Assembly: GCF_018350175.1 (NCBI RefSeq)
Contig: NC_058369.1
Coordinates: forward strand, 24,926,001 to 24,990,000
Length of the DNA: 64,000 bases
From: Felis catus
Lineage: Eukaryota
Direction: 5' to 3'
The notes beneath the pieces are model-generated. The model saw only the letters and a program-made list of their open reading frames with translations, had not been told where the DNA came from and did not search any database. Positions 10,629 to 23,490 of this stretch are shown here, in pieces. Both the position numbers and the translations under genes were made by a program. The number at the start of each line of letters is the position of its first letter. Positions within the stretch are counted from its first letter, which is position 1.

Positions 10629-11496
10629 CTGGGGTAGGAATTAAAGAGCAGAAAGAGAGGAAAACACAAAAATAAGATTCAAAATGAAAGACATTTTCCA
10701 CTTTCACTTGAATCAACCGCCCACCTTGTAACAGTTTCAACCCCTGACCCAACTTCAAATTCCCCCTCCCCACTGCCAGTTTGCAAGGAACTTACACTAA
10801 CTTTAAATTTTCATACATTAGAGAAGTATATAAATTAAGTACAAATCCCCTCAGTTTCCCAAGTCTACTTTCCGGAAGTAACTGCTACTAAGTTTGTTCT
10901 AGATCTTTCCAAACCTCTTAAATGTATTTGCCAACAATCACAAAAAACCAGAATGTTTTCTCTTTTTACTCAACAATATGTCTCTCCATGTTAGTATATA
11001 AGACTCATTATTCAAAAAAAAATAATTTAGGGGGGTGAAAATCACATAACACAAATTAGCCATTTTTGTGAACAATTCAGTGGTCTTTAGTACATTCACA
11101 ATGCTGTACAAACACCACCTCCATGTAGTTCCAAAACATTTCCATCATTCCAAAATCACTCTTTTTAATGGGTGCAGAGTTAGTATCCCATGGTCCAGAT
11201 GGACCACATGGATTTAATCCACTGCCAACTGATGGACATTAAAATCGTTTCCAGTGTCTGGCTATTACAAAAAGTGCTTCAGTGAACATCAGTGCTGCTA
11301 TTTTTGTAAAGCAAATTCCTGAAGTAGAATTCCTTGGTTTAAGAAATATCAACATTTTAACATTTGATATGCACTGTCAAATTGACCTCTAAACAGCCTG
11401 TTTCAATTTTATTGTCCCCAGAAAGGTATATGAATTACCTTTTTCCATACTCTTATCAACAGGATATTATTATCAATCTAATAGAGAAAACAACCA

Positions 11497-12079
11497 CAGT
11501 TGATGCTTACACAACATGGGTTTGAACTTTTTTAAAAATTTTTTTTTTTCAACATTTATTTATTTTTGGGACAGAGAGACACAGAGCATGAACGGGGGAG
11601 GGGCAGAGAGAGAGGGAGACACAGAATCGGAAACAGGCTCCAGGCTCTGAACCATCAGCCCAGAGCCCGACGCGGGGCTCGAACTCACGGACCGCGAGAT
11701 CGTGACCTGAGTGAAGTCAGACGCTTAACTGACTGCGCCACCCAGGCGCCCCAACATGGGTTTGAACTTTGAGGGTCCACTTACACGATTTTTTTTGATA
11801 AATACAGTCCAGTACTGTAAATGTATTTTTTCTCTCTTATTATTTTAATAACATTTTCTTTCCTAGCTTACTTTATTGTAAGAATATAGTATAGAATACA
11901 TATAACATACAAAATATGTGCTAATTGGCTTTTAGGTCATTGGTAAGGCTTCCAGTCAACAGTGGGCTATAAAGTAGTTAAGTTTTAAGGGATCAAAAGG
12001 TATATATGGATTTTCAACTCTCTGTGGAATGTGGGAGATATTGGTGTCCCTAACCCCTGCATTGTTCAAGGGTCAACTG
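11497..12079. mobile_element. Tigger2/MER8-like TcMar DNA transposon remnant interrupted by a SINE
   Basis: Terminal inverted repeats cagttgatgcttacacaaca... and ...ttgttcaagggtcaactg, the latter followed by TA. Confidence 0.8.
11531..11752 (-). mobile_element. Young felid SINE (SINEC_Fc-type)
   Basis: CpG-rich body. Perfect TSD aacatgggtttgaacttt at 11513-11530 and 11753-11770. Confidence 0.96.
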
Positions 12080-12369
12080 TATACCTTAACTTCAGTTTCA
12101 TGTTTTGAATGTAAGACTGAGCACATTTTCACGTATTTCTTGAAAAATTTCCCAGAGAGTTGGAGATTTTCTTCCTTTGCAGTTTGGGGGGAAAAGAGAG
12201 AGGTGAGCTGTATTACTTGAGCTCTATTGTTAAGAATTCTTTGTTTTGTGTTTCCTCAGTGATTGCTGGGCTTAGGAACAAAGGGGGAAGAGACTGGGCA
12301 AAATTCACATATATCACTCTTTCTGTGCCTGCCCATGTTTAACAATTCTGATGAATTCTCTCCCATCCT

Positions 12370-12500
12370 CACAACCACCAAAAGGTGGAGGTTTATTCCC
12401 ACTTTACTGATGAGGAAACTGAGGCTCAAAGGGGCTAAGGTACTTGTTCAGGCAGGATTCAAAACCAGATCTACCTCAGTCCACAACCTGAGCTCTTTCT
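12370..12500. mobile_element. MIR fragment
   Basis: MIR core attcccactttactgatgaggaaactgaggctc...ggattcaaaaccag. Confidence 0.75.
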
Positions 12501-13554
12501 ACCTTGAGGGCTGTGTACCTGCTACTTACATGCAAATCATGCATTGTGGGGAGGTTTCAATGATACGGGCCCTGGCCTTCTAAGATTTTAAATCTAGTTA
12601 AGGAGAGGGAATGCATTTACTCACTTTTAGGAATAATTACTGAGTGACTCTTTGACCAATCAAACTTCAGATACACACCTTTAGTCAGGTTGGATTAAAA
12701 GAAACATTTTGATATTTTTAACTCCATTTAGGGGGAGGATGTCGAAAAGAAGAATCCCAAAGAAGCAATAAAGAGTGCTGGTCAGGTGTGTGGTCAGCAG
12801 CTGGCCAGCCCACAGCCAACTAGGCCCAAGCCATGGGTGGGTGGTCAAGACCACGCACCATGACCTGCACCTCTATCAGTCCTCAGTACAACTGGTCACA
12901 ATTAGAGGAGAGGATTGGAGCTGGAGGAGGAACATGTGACTACACAGGAGAAAAGTCCCAAAGAAGAGGATGCCTCTTGAAAGAGGAAAACAGCCATGTC
13001 CCTTCCAGTGCCTTTCCCCCTCCTCCTGCTTTACTTTTCTCTATTTTCACCATGTGCTGTGCCCTGGTTTGTTTCAGACATGTCTGTTTCCTCCCATTTT
13101 AGGTAATCTCCTTGAAGGCAAGGATATCTATCTATTCTGTTCATTGATGGACTTTTCAGCAACTGGCACGCACATGGTAGGATCTCAACAATTTTGCTTA
13201 CTGAACAAATGGCATGTTTGTATGTGCTGGGCACAGTGAGGGCAGCTTTAGAGCCTTGTATAGCCGACAAGTAAGGATTGCTACTCCTGTTTTACAGATG
13301 AAGAAACCAGAGGCTCAGAAAGGGTAACACTTCTCTGAAGGTCATGCAGCTAATGAATGATGCTCTAGAATTTATACCCAGGTCAGTGGTGAACTCAGAA
13401 TGACTATACAGGTCTGGTCTATTTGAGTCCCCTTGTCCCCGCCCATGCCCCTGCCACCAATTTTAACCAATATCCTATCCTCTTCCCCTAAGGTAAGTTT
13501 CAGAGTGTGGTGGGGTGCATGTGCCCAAATAAATGACTTTCAGGCTACTGACAG

Positions 13555-13750
13555 GGATTGTAAACCTCAGCACCAGTTACATTTTGGACCAGAAAATTCT
13601 TTGTTGTGAGGGGTTGTCCTGTATCTTGCAGGATGTTTAGCAATATCCTATCTGTAACCCTTAGATGCCAGAAGTGCACTCATCCCAATTGTGACAATCA
13701 AAACACCTTCACTGCTGAATGTCCCTGGGAGTGAAAAACACCAGTCCATG
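13555..13750. mobile_element. MER20-like hAT-Charlie element
   Basis: aacctcagcacc...ttttggaccag...ctttgttgtgagggg...ttgtgacaatcaaaa. It is the reverse-orientation counterpart of 54712-54933. Confidence 0.75.
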
Positions 13751-14529
13751 GTGACTAGGAGAGACCCAGCATTGGGATGGATAGCATAAAAACAGAAACA
13801 CATACATAGATCCCTCTGGGAGTGGGGAATGAAAAAAAATGTTCCAGGACAAGTAACAATTTCCACGAGGGAATCCAGCTTAGCAAACCAGTCAAAAACC
13901 TAAAGCTCATAATTACTGGCAGCTAAAATAACAATAGCCATTAGAAGCACAGATAATGCAGATTTAGGAAATGGGTGCTCATGTTTATGCCTGAGCTGGG
14001 TATGTGGAAAAGATGCTACGGGTGCAATGGGGACTGTCTGTCAGGTGGGAAAAGAGGAACCCTTTACATGTGTCAGAGGAAATGTAAACTCAGCAGGTGA
14101 GGCATGATGGAACAGATTTGATTTGTTACTGTCGCCTGTTCAGCAGGGTGCTCCCTCGCCCTTTTCCAAAAACAGAAGGTCTCTATAGCTAAAGATAACA
14201 TGCTCCAATAAAGAGAGTTCAAGCTAGGGAAATTCTCTATTTAGCACTGATATTTTGTAGCAGATGGTTTTTATTACTAAACATTGGAGGTTAGGGTGGG
14301 ACTGTCAGAGGAAAACAGGTTTGTATGTTGCTACTACAATGTACAGTGGTTATGGATGGGATCCGAAAATGTTCTTGAAGAGCATCCTGGAGGAGTCTCT
14401 CATTTAAGGCTTTATTAGAGCAATTAACTTAAATTGAGAAATAAAACTTCTCAGTTCTGGGGCTTCCATTACTTTTGAGCCTCACGCTGGTCTTGGGAGA
14501 AGCAACTGGACAGATTCTTGCATTTTTGC

Positions 14530-14870
14530 CCTTTTTAATAGATGAGAAATCTGAGTACCAGGGAATTTAGTGACTGGGCCCAAGGTAAGTGTTGGAATAG
14601 GAACAGAGTCTAGTCTTTTGACTATAAAACATGGCTTTATGTTAAGAACACAGGCTTTGGAGTAAAATAGACATGGCTTCAAGTCAACTTAAGAGCTGAG
14701 GGACCTTGAGAAAGTTAATCTCTCTGGATCACAGTTTCCTTATCTGTAAAAGGGCATAGTAATGAGTACCTCACAAAGTTGCAGTGAGGATTAGGTAAGA
14801 TGAAATACGTCAAGGGCTTAGCCAAGCACCTGGTAGGTGAGCAGTAGGCAATGGATGTTATCTATCACTG
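14530..14870. mobile_element. Two adjacent MIR fragments in opposite orientation
   Basis: gatgagaaatctgag...gtgactgggcccaagg, followed by accttgagaaagttaatctctctg...cagtttccttatctgtaaaa. Confidence 0.65.
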
Positions 14871-16281
14871 TTATTATACCATTGGCTGCACTGCCACCAT
14901 TAGTGCTGGTTTATGTGTTTTCACTCATTAGCAAACATCAGACACATCTTTGAATTACTTGGACCAAATGGCTCCTTGGGGGACCTCCATTAGGATGACT
15001 GATAGGAGGAGAAAAGCAGCACAGTGTTGCCTATAAAAGCAAAAGATATGGAATCAGCCTAAAGTGATCAATGGGGAATAATTAAATAAATTACAATGCA
15101 ACCATAAAATGGAATATTATATATTTGTTAAAAACATTCTTTTCAGAAAAGCTTAGTGATAATGGGAAAGTCTCACATGTAGAGTTAAGTAAGAAAAGGA
15201 AGATCTCTATTTAAAAAAACAACATGTTAATAGATGTTGCCCCTAAATGGTGGGCTATGGATCATTTAAATTTTCATCTCCATACTTCTCTACATTTATT
15301 TTTGAGGTTTTCAATAAGAGATATGAACTAAGAAAAAACAAAATCAGTAAACAAATGTGCAAGACCATGAACACGGAGTTTGAAGTGGTGCTATAAACAT
15401 AAAATCATATTTGGATTTGGTTCAGATTAATGCACGTTAAAAACATGATAAGAAGGCACCCAATCAACTCACAATAAAAAAAATATATTGAACCCCATAG
15501 ACTCAGTGCAAGAAGTCACTCTGTAGCTGAGAGAGATTCTAAGTAGAATTAATGAAAAGCTGGAGAAGATATTCGGTTCAGGTGTGGCGAAAATATTGTA
15601 CAATTTTCTCAGTGCAAACTAAAAATTAGGAAGCCTTCCAGAGACTTGGGGCAGCAGCTCAACCTCTTCATTAGACACCATAAAACAGCTTTTGCACAAT
15701 AATGTTAATGATACAATATTCCACAAGCTGAAATGGAAATGATGACTCTCCCTGCCACATAGACAAACAAACAGTAAGTAGCAACACTGAGGTGTGATGC
15801 TCCAGACCAAAAGTCTGGCCATTATTTTTAGATCCTGGCAAACTACAGGCTTTATTATGACCAAGCTGACTTTTTACCGAAGCTGACTACATGAGAGCCA
15901 CTGGGAAAACCGTACAGGATCCCGGAGACAGCACTCACACGCCGTGTTACTTAGAACACATTTCTCAACCTTCAGGTTCCTCCCCTATGAGTGGTGGTAA
16001 ATCCCACCTTGCATCATTATGGAAAAGGTGAAATGAAGCCACGAATGTAAAGTACTTTGCACAGAACCTGTCTCATTGTAAATACTCAACTACTGGAAGT
16101 TGTTATTGCTAAATAAAAAATGACAAGCTTTAGATTACAATAGTCAACTAGGATAGTGGTCTAACTATCACTCCAGGAATAGTAAAGACCAACAGGAAGT
16201 AAGGAGCTCCTGTTGATGTGGAATACGGTCATTTCTTAGCATCCAGACTGCAAGGCAGTATGATTTCTGGTTGCTTCCTCC

Positions 16282-16282
<1 letters not shown>

Positions 16283-16324
<42 letters not shown>
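16283..16324. repeat. (CA)n microsatellite
   Basis: About 21 CA units. Confidence 0.98.
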
Positions 16325-16326
<2 letters not shown>

Positions 16327-17729
16327 CAAGCTTGTTTCCATATCTGCTAAATAACTTAGGACCAAAGACTTTTTGTCAATTAAAGAAAGTGTATGACCTT
16401 GGACCAAGAGACTAAGTTTGAGGTCTTTGGAGAGGAAAATCATGGTTTTGAATACATGGAATTAAGCACATGTATTGGGGTACTCTACTTCTTTCTCATA
16501 GTTAGATGGCACCACTCTTCTCCCACTCCTTCCTCAAACCTGAAATGCCCTCCTTCCTTTCTCCCTCTCAGCTCTGAGTCATTCCAAGCCCAACACAAAT
16601 CCTTGCACCCTTTCCAGGCAGGCTCCTTTACCTGCCCCCCTCTCTTCCCAACCTGTCCATTACTAATTCTCTCTCTAGTATATTGTATCACACAAGGTTT
16701 TAAAATCTTACCCATTTTTATCTGATTGCAAAGATAATATACACTTATTTAAAGAATGCATGCATGATAGAGATACATAACGTAACAAATAAAACTCAAT
16801 AGACCCAGACTGCTTATTCATTCTCTACTGATTTCTAATTCTTATGTAATAGGAGAAAAAGGAGAACATAAAACAGAAAACAAAGGAAATGTCAACATCT
16901 CTTATACTTGCGTTCCCGAGAGATAACCACTATAAGAATTTGATGATGTTCCTAGCTTTTTTCTAATGATACATTATTGTGGGTGTGTATTATTAGTTGG
17001 GATACAATGGTTTGGAATTTCCTTTTTTATAACTTGCTGATATATCTTAGACAACTGTAACCAGTAGATTTTATCCTTCTCAAGAGCCCTGTCTCCTTTT
17101 GCATACTGATGACCTCCCCCAACAAGTCTAGAGCATAATAAACAACACAGTAGAGATAATGAATGATGGAGAACACTAATATATCCCATTTTCTGCTGCA
17201 TCTGGGTGAAATAAAATACTTTTCAGATCTAAGGGCCGGGGAATGTGGTTACCAAAAACCCTTCCTAAGCCACAACAATCCTCCCTGAGGGGATAGAAGT
17301 GGGAGAGGGGCTGATATTCTATTGTGAAATAGCCCAGTTATTATATAACATTACTACATGAGCACCCACTGCCGCCTCCTGGAGAGCCCCAAGGAAAAGC
17401 AATGGCCAACTATTCTAGTAATAAATGCAGTGATAATAGTAACTGCTAATTTCTGAGCACACCCTAAGTAACGTGTAGTGCTAGGCATACAAAGAAAAGT
17501 AAGAGACAAACTTGGTCTGCATGGAAAGCCATGGGACCCCTGGGAAGGGCCATCTTGTGAAGATGTCATAGAAAAATAGAAAAACTGACAAAAGAGAGGG
17601 ACAAATGTGACTATGAGTCTAGAACCAGGATGCACAGAGGAGTAATTCCACCCAAGACAGGTATACATCAGGAAGAGAGGCCTGACTCCAGTGATATCAG
17701 ATGCCCTGACTTCACATTTTTTTTTTTTT

Positions 17730-18220
17730 TTTACCAGAATTCCACTTTTGGGAATATTATGTAAGGAAAGGAAGAAATAGAGACACATATAAGATTTGCG
17801 ATCCGGATGTTTAAAGCAGTGCCATCTATGATAGTAGAAAAATGGAAACAACTTAAACGTTCAACAGAAGAGTGAATCAATAGCTGGTATATATTTTTGA
17901 TGAAATACTGTATGAATTCATTAAGAATTGAGTCTGAAAAATATTTAATGACACGAAAATGTATTTTCATACTGTAAGGTTATTTTATACTGTTAAGACG
18001 AAAACATGCTAGAAAATAGTATATACAGTATGATTATCATTTCATTTTTTTAAAAAACACGTGCAGGTATATAGTAAAAGACTGTCCGCGTGTGTGCCAA
18101 GATGTTAATATAAGTTTTTTTTAGTGATGGGGAGATGGGATTATAAGTGAACTTTACTCCCTTTTCTGTGTTTCTCTGTATTTTTCAATTTAAAAAAGAT
18201 GTTATATAATCAGAAAAGAA
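17730..18220 (+). mobile_element. Old L1ME-type 3' fragment
   Basis: accagaattccacttttgggaat..., aaaaatggaaacaacttaaacgttcaacag... and atatacagtatgatt are typical of L1ME 3' regions. Confidence 0.65.
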
Positions 18221-21200
18221 AGCACAATTAGAAGGTACTTTAAAAGAAATAGGACAAAAGCCCTCAAAAGACATTCAATACAGGTTATTTGATAATTTAA
18301 AAATATTCACAGCCTAAATATCCATTAATAGGAGAATGGCGATGTAAAACAAGACACATCAAGACACTGGAATAATATATACTTGGCCCATTAAGATCAC
18401 ATTTTCCAAGCATAACTGTGATATATTACTTCCCTGAAGCCATAACAAAATTCTGATCCAGCTAAATGACAAAGAGGGGGATGCAAATAAAAGAGATGGA
18501 AGAAAGAGATTCTGCAGGCAAAATGCAAAAACAACAAAACAAAACAAAACAAAAAAAGAAAAAAAAAAGACATAACTCAAGACCAGAAGTATTAGAAGAA
18601 ATCAAGATAGTTATTGAACTTTAATGAAAGGTACAATTCCCCCAAGAGGCTGTAACAATGATGAAGAGGAAACCTTTCTACCCCTATCTGTATAGCTTGG
18701 AACTATGTTAGGCCAAGACCCATAGAAACCCTAGAGAAACCGACCGTGCACAGTCCCCCACAGAAGAGTTCAATCCAAGAGTGAACAGGTCACACAAAGA
18801 TAATGCTGGGTACACTGTGACTAGCAACAAATGAGGCTCAGGGTATGTACGGTATGTGAATATACCTAGAATAACACTGGAAGGAAATTATTAAAATATT
18901 AACAGGGGCTGTTTGGAGTGGAATCTTTTCTCTTTCCCCTTTTTTGTATTTTTCCACAATGAGCATATACTCTTATAATGGAAAAGAAATGAAGCTCATG
19001 TTCAGAGAGAACGTAGGTCTCAACCACAGCGTTGTGAACACAGCATTCCACAACACGCACTGGACCCAGCTCAAATGCGTCTAGCAGCTGTGTGGAGCCG
19101 GGGGCAGGCACGGCTCAGCCACCTGCCCCCGCCTGCCTGAGCAGCGCTCACTGTCCTCACTAAGCAGGAGGGGCGCACGCAGGCCCCTTTAGCGCTGGGC
19201 TGGCATGTTCTTCCCCAGCAGACCAGCAAGGAGATTTTCAGGCCAAGAGGGATGCAGACATCTGTGCTCTAGTCTATCAGCAGCAGTAACTTCCCAGTCA
19301 GACACAGACGGAAGGCCAGGCAGACGGCTGTCCCTCTTCAACCTCCACAAACGCTGTCTTTGTGTTGAGGCCCGAGCCCCCCGTCCATCTGGGGCATAGG
19401 GGAGGCAAGAGAGAACAAGTCCTGCAGTGTCTTGTTGAACTGTTGCTGCCGGAGCCACTCACATTTGTGGTCGGGGTTTTAACCTTTTTGGAAAAGGGTG
19501 CCAGCCCCGGGCTGTCCTGATATCCTTCTGGGCTAACCTGTGGTCTCCCGGGGAGCCAGAGGAAGGACTGCCAAGTGTTCCATTATTGATGAAAGGATTG
19601 TGTTTGGGTGTTCGGCCCTAAGTCATCTCTTCTCCTATAATAAAAGGAACCCAACCTCAGACATAACTGGACACTAAAAGGGATATATATGTCTCTATGA
19701 GGCCAGGTGCCACGGACAAGGGATACTGTGACAGAGAACCAAGCTGCTCAGTTACAGTCTCAAGTTGTTTCTGGAAGGAGAAGAGGAATACATTAATACA
19801 TGCCTGTGAGTAAGGAATGAATGCTGAGAGGTTTGGGGCAGCCCCTATGCCACTCTCTTTGCTCTCTGTTCCTCCCCTTTTAGAATGTGCATCAAGACGC
19901 CTGCACACAAAATGGAAGAGGATGTGAAGTTGGCCTACTGAGTACTCCTTTGGGGCCTCCTCCCCCCCGCCTCTTCCTCTTCCCTGTTCTTCAGGCCACA
20001 TTAGCACCCTATCCCAGTTTAGCTGGAGAGAGAAGCAGTAAAGTCACGGAGCAATTACTGGGATGCAAGGACTGGAAATAATTCTGCAAAACATGTACTG
20101 TATGCACCAAGGTGACCAACAGGTAGATATGTGGGGGGCAAGACAGCATTCTCTATGCTTTGCGGATCGTCTTGTAAACATGGCTGTCTAACTCTGCTCA
20201 CAGACTCAGGGGCATATTTCTATTCACTGACCCCTCCCCGCTCCAAGGACACACTCACAACAGAAGGACAATGCTCAAGTTCTCTCTGTGTCCGTGTGCG
20301 TAATCACTGTGAATAACAGTTCTGCTTCTGCCAGGTTGTTTCTGTCCCATAAATGGAGCCTGGAGCTAGCTATTTATCATGATATTTGAAAAAAGTAAAT
20401 TAAAAAATTATTTTGCCAAAAAAATTCTTTGAGGTCTTAGAAACCAATTTCCACATGTCAGATTCCTCCCTCAGGTCTGGCTTTCTCATCCTTGTTTGGC
20501 CTCAGTGTGTTGGATTTCAGACATGGCTTGATTTCTTTCTGTCCCAGTTCTCTAGGTCAATGCAAATTTTCAAGGTGATCAGATATTTCCTGAAGTGTTC
20601 CCTGTGTAGTATCCATGTAGGACAGAGGTGGGAGAAGAGGAATAAAGGTTGCCCGGGAAGCCAAAGGAAAGATTTTGAAGGTATGACAATAGAGGATCTT
20701 ATAGCAACATGCAGTCAGGCCTGGGCTGTGGTGGGAGGCATAGACCAAACTATATTCTAGATAGGAGCACAAACATGGAGTCTATAGGCCAGGCAAAGTG
20801 ATGCTAGTGAATCAAGGGGTTGGTGTTGGAAGGATAATTGGGAGATGTGGGGACATCTGTAGGTGACAGTTGGCTAGCTACCCAGGCCTAGCTCATTATT
20901 GCCATGTGGCAACACAGGACCAGCACTGCCAAGCCTTTCAACTCTTTAAAAGAAGCCAGAACTCCAAATTCTTATATGGATTGTTTGGATTCTTATAAGT
21001 TAGCTGTAAACACTACACAGCCAAACAAAACACAACTTGAGGGACAAATATGGCCATAAATCTACTAGAAGGAACTCTGTCCAGGATGTAAGCAACATGA
21101 GGGCAGGATGTAGAGCTTTGTGCTTGATGAGGGCCCACTCAATGCTTACAGCGTGAGTGAGGACCTTCCCAGGGAAGAGGTTTGACTGGCCAAGGGGGGC

Positions 21201-22258
21201 CAATGGGAAGAGATGGCTGGCAACATGGAGGTCTCGTAATCAAGGGAGGAAATAATTAGAGAGCGAACTTGAGCCCCAGCCACTTGGATGGAAAGGAAAG
21301 GGTGAAATGGCAGTAGACAGACTAAAGAATTTTCAAAAAGCAGAACTCAGCGAAAGACCAGATGTGCAGGACTAGGGCAGTGATGAATCTTCCAGGGGAA
21401 GCCTGTGATGAACTTGGCCAGAGGGCTCAGGGACTGGTCATGGGGGAGAGAAGGTAAACACATTTTTCTTCACTAGCTTCAAAGCCCTTCATCTGGCTCC
21501 CCTAGATGACCTTATTTTTTTTTTCTTCTCTATTCTCCCACAAAGGGGATCAGGGGATAACCAAGGGCCCAGAGGCCCAAGCACCGAGAGAAACAGAGAC
21601 AAACCTATAGCTAATTAGGTGATAAGGCATTCATTCAGGAGAAACTGAGGAGAGCTAACAGGGGCATGGACAGGGCAGGAAATAAGCACTGAATAAGGAC
21701 AGCATCCACAGGGAAATGGCAAGAACGGCTTGGGCTATGCAGAATCATGACATGTTGGCTGAACGGTGCAGAAGCAATGGCAGGAAGGGGTGAGGGAGAC
21801 CTAAAACAGTTCTTGAATCGTAGATTTTCACAACATAGGATATGCCTTGGGTTCTGGTCCACAATTTTCTTAATAACTTGGAAAGCCAAGATAAAAATAT
21901 GGCTAAGCAAAAGTATTCAGGACAAGTAAGAAATGGCAGACTCAAGACTACTCAGCTAAGCAAGGTAAGCCTTTTCATGGCATGACTTTTGTTGGTTTCA
22001 GTCTGCAAAAGGATTTTTATGATTATCAGATTTGGTCCCAGGCCTTAGAAAATCTCAGTTTTCACCTTAAAAGATAAACTTTATTGGGAGTTTAAGAACA
22101 ACTATAGCCACTTGTTTACCAAAGAATCATTATAGTAGCTAATGTCTACTACTTAGCCAAGTAATTAGTAAATTAGTGATTGCCACCAAAGGGCTTAGTA
22201 TAGTTTTGTTAGCAAAATAGCCCTTTAAATGCACTGTCTTATAAATACTAGGGACTTT

Positions 22259-22291
22259 AATTTTTTTTAATGTTTATTTTTTATTTTACTT

Positions 22292-22342
<51 letters not shown>

Positions 22343-22520
22343 AAGAGCGTGTGTGTGAGCAGGGGAGGGGCAGAGAGAGAGAGGGAAACAGAATTGGAAG
22401 CAGGCTCCAGGTTCCGAGCTGTCAGCACAGAACCCAACGCAGGGCTTGAACTCACAAACCGTGAGACCATGACCTGAGCCAAAGTTGTATGCTTAACCAA
22501 CTGAGCCACCTAGGTGTCCC
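22259..22520 (-). mobile_element. CAN SINE with an expanded (GA)n tract
   Basis: Reverse-complement SINE body. Diverged TSD taaatactagggacttt / taaaaaccaaggacttt. Confidence 0.93.
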
Positions 22521-22734
22521 TAAAAACCAAGGACTTTGAGTGTACTATCTTATAAATATTTACAATGATTCTATTCTAAAGAAGCTGGTGGCATCATCTC
22601 CAATTTACCCATTAGGAATAAAAGCAAGATCTAGAGATGTTATGTCACCTGCCCAAGGTAACAAAGTCTCTGAGTGACAGAGCCACGGTCAGAACTGAGG
22701 TACTGTGCTAAGCCTCCAGGGCCTTTGTGCTAAG

Positions 22735-23065
22735 CATGGAATCAGCAAACATTTTCTGCACAGGGGCCAGATGGTAAATATTTTGGGCCTTGTGTGCAAT
22801 ATGGTCCCTGCCACAACTCCCCGACTGTGCCATTGCAATGCAAAAGCAACTATAGACAATACATAAATATTTAGGCATGTCTGTTTTCCAATAAATCTAC
22901 TTACGGACACTGAATTTGAATTTCATGTGATTTTCTAGTGTCATGTAATATTATTCCTCTTTTGACTTTCGCTCCAGTCATTTTAAAAGGAAAAACTATT
23001 CTTAGCTTGTGCACCATAAGAAAACAGGGAGTGGGCTGAATTTTTCTCCCCAAGCTATAGTCTAA
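22735..23065. mobile_element. MER58-like hAT-Charlie element
   Basis: tcagcaaacattttctg...ggggccagatggtaaatatttt... A similar copy lies at 27895-28185. Confidence 0.78.
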
Positions 23066-23382
23066 GCACTAGGCTCTCCTACCCTCCAGCTCAGGTCTAG
23101 TTTTCTTAGAGATTTTAGGACAAAACCTGTGAGTGTGCATATGGATGGGGTACAGGACTCGGAGGAAAGACCTGACTCCTCAAGTCAGCCCTCAAAGGAC
23201 TCCATCTGACCCCAGTTTACAATTTGAAAACAAATCTTTCTTCCTTTTAAGTTCCCTTACTTGCTCCCTTCTGTTGAAATAAGCGCTGATTCAGATCTAA
23301 GGGGAGGTTCTGGGTAGGACAGGAATGTTCCCTCCTGCACAAATGGTTTTCTGCGAACACAAGCCCACCGTGTCCTTCTTAC

Positions 23383-23490
23383 CTGCAGGGTTTGGCTGAA
23401 GCGTTTTAACGGTGTGGCCTTCACGGGTGGAATGAGGTTTGCTAGCGATGTGACTCTGGAAAGGGGTTTGACCCGTTTATTACTAGGCTC
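23383..23490 (-). CDS. ARHGEF3: ARHGEF3 coding exon 2 (EPSNKRVKPLSRVTSLANLIPPVKATPLKRFSQTLQ)
   Basis: 108 nt with a T-rich tract, ctgtag acceptor and CAG|gtaaga donor; phase 0/0. The peptide matches recalled ARHGEF3. Confidence 0.97.

Noticed and set aside
11566..11772. Near-identical ORFs MGQRDTEHERGRGRE... here and at 28731-29009, suggesting a small gene family
   Set aside because: Both are antisense translations of young SINE copies.
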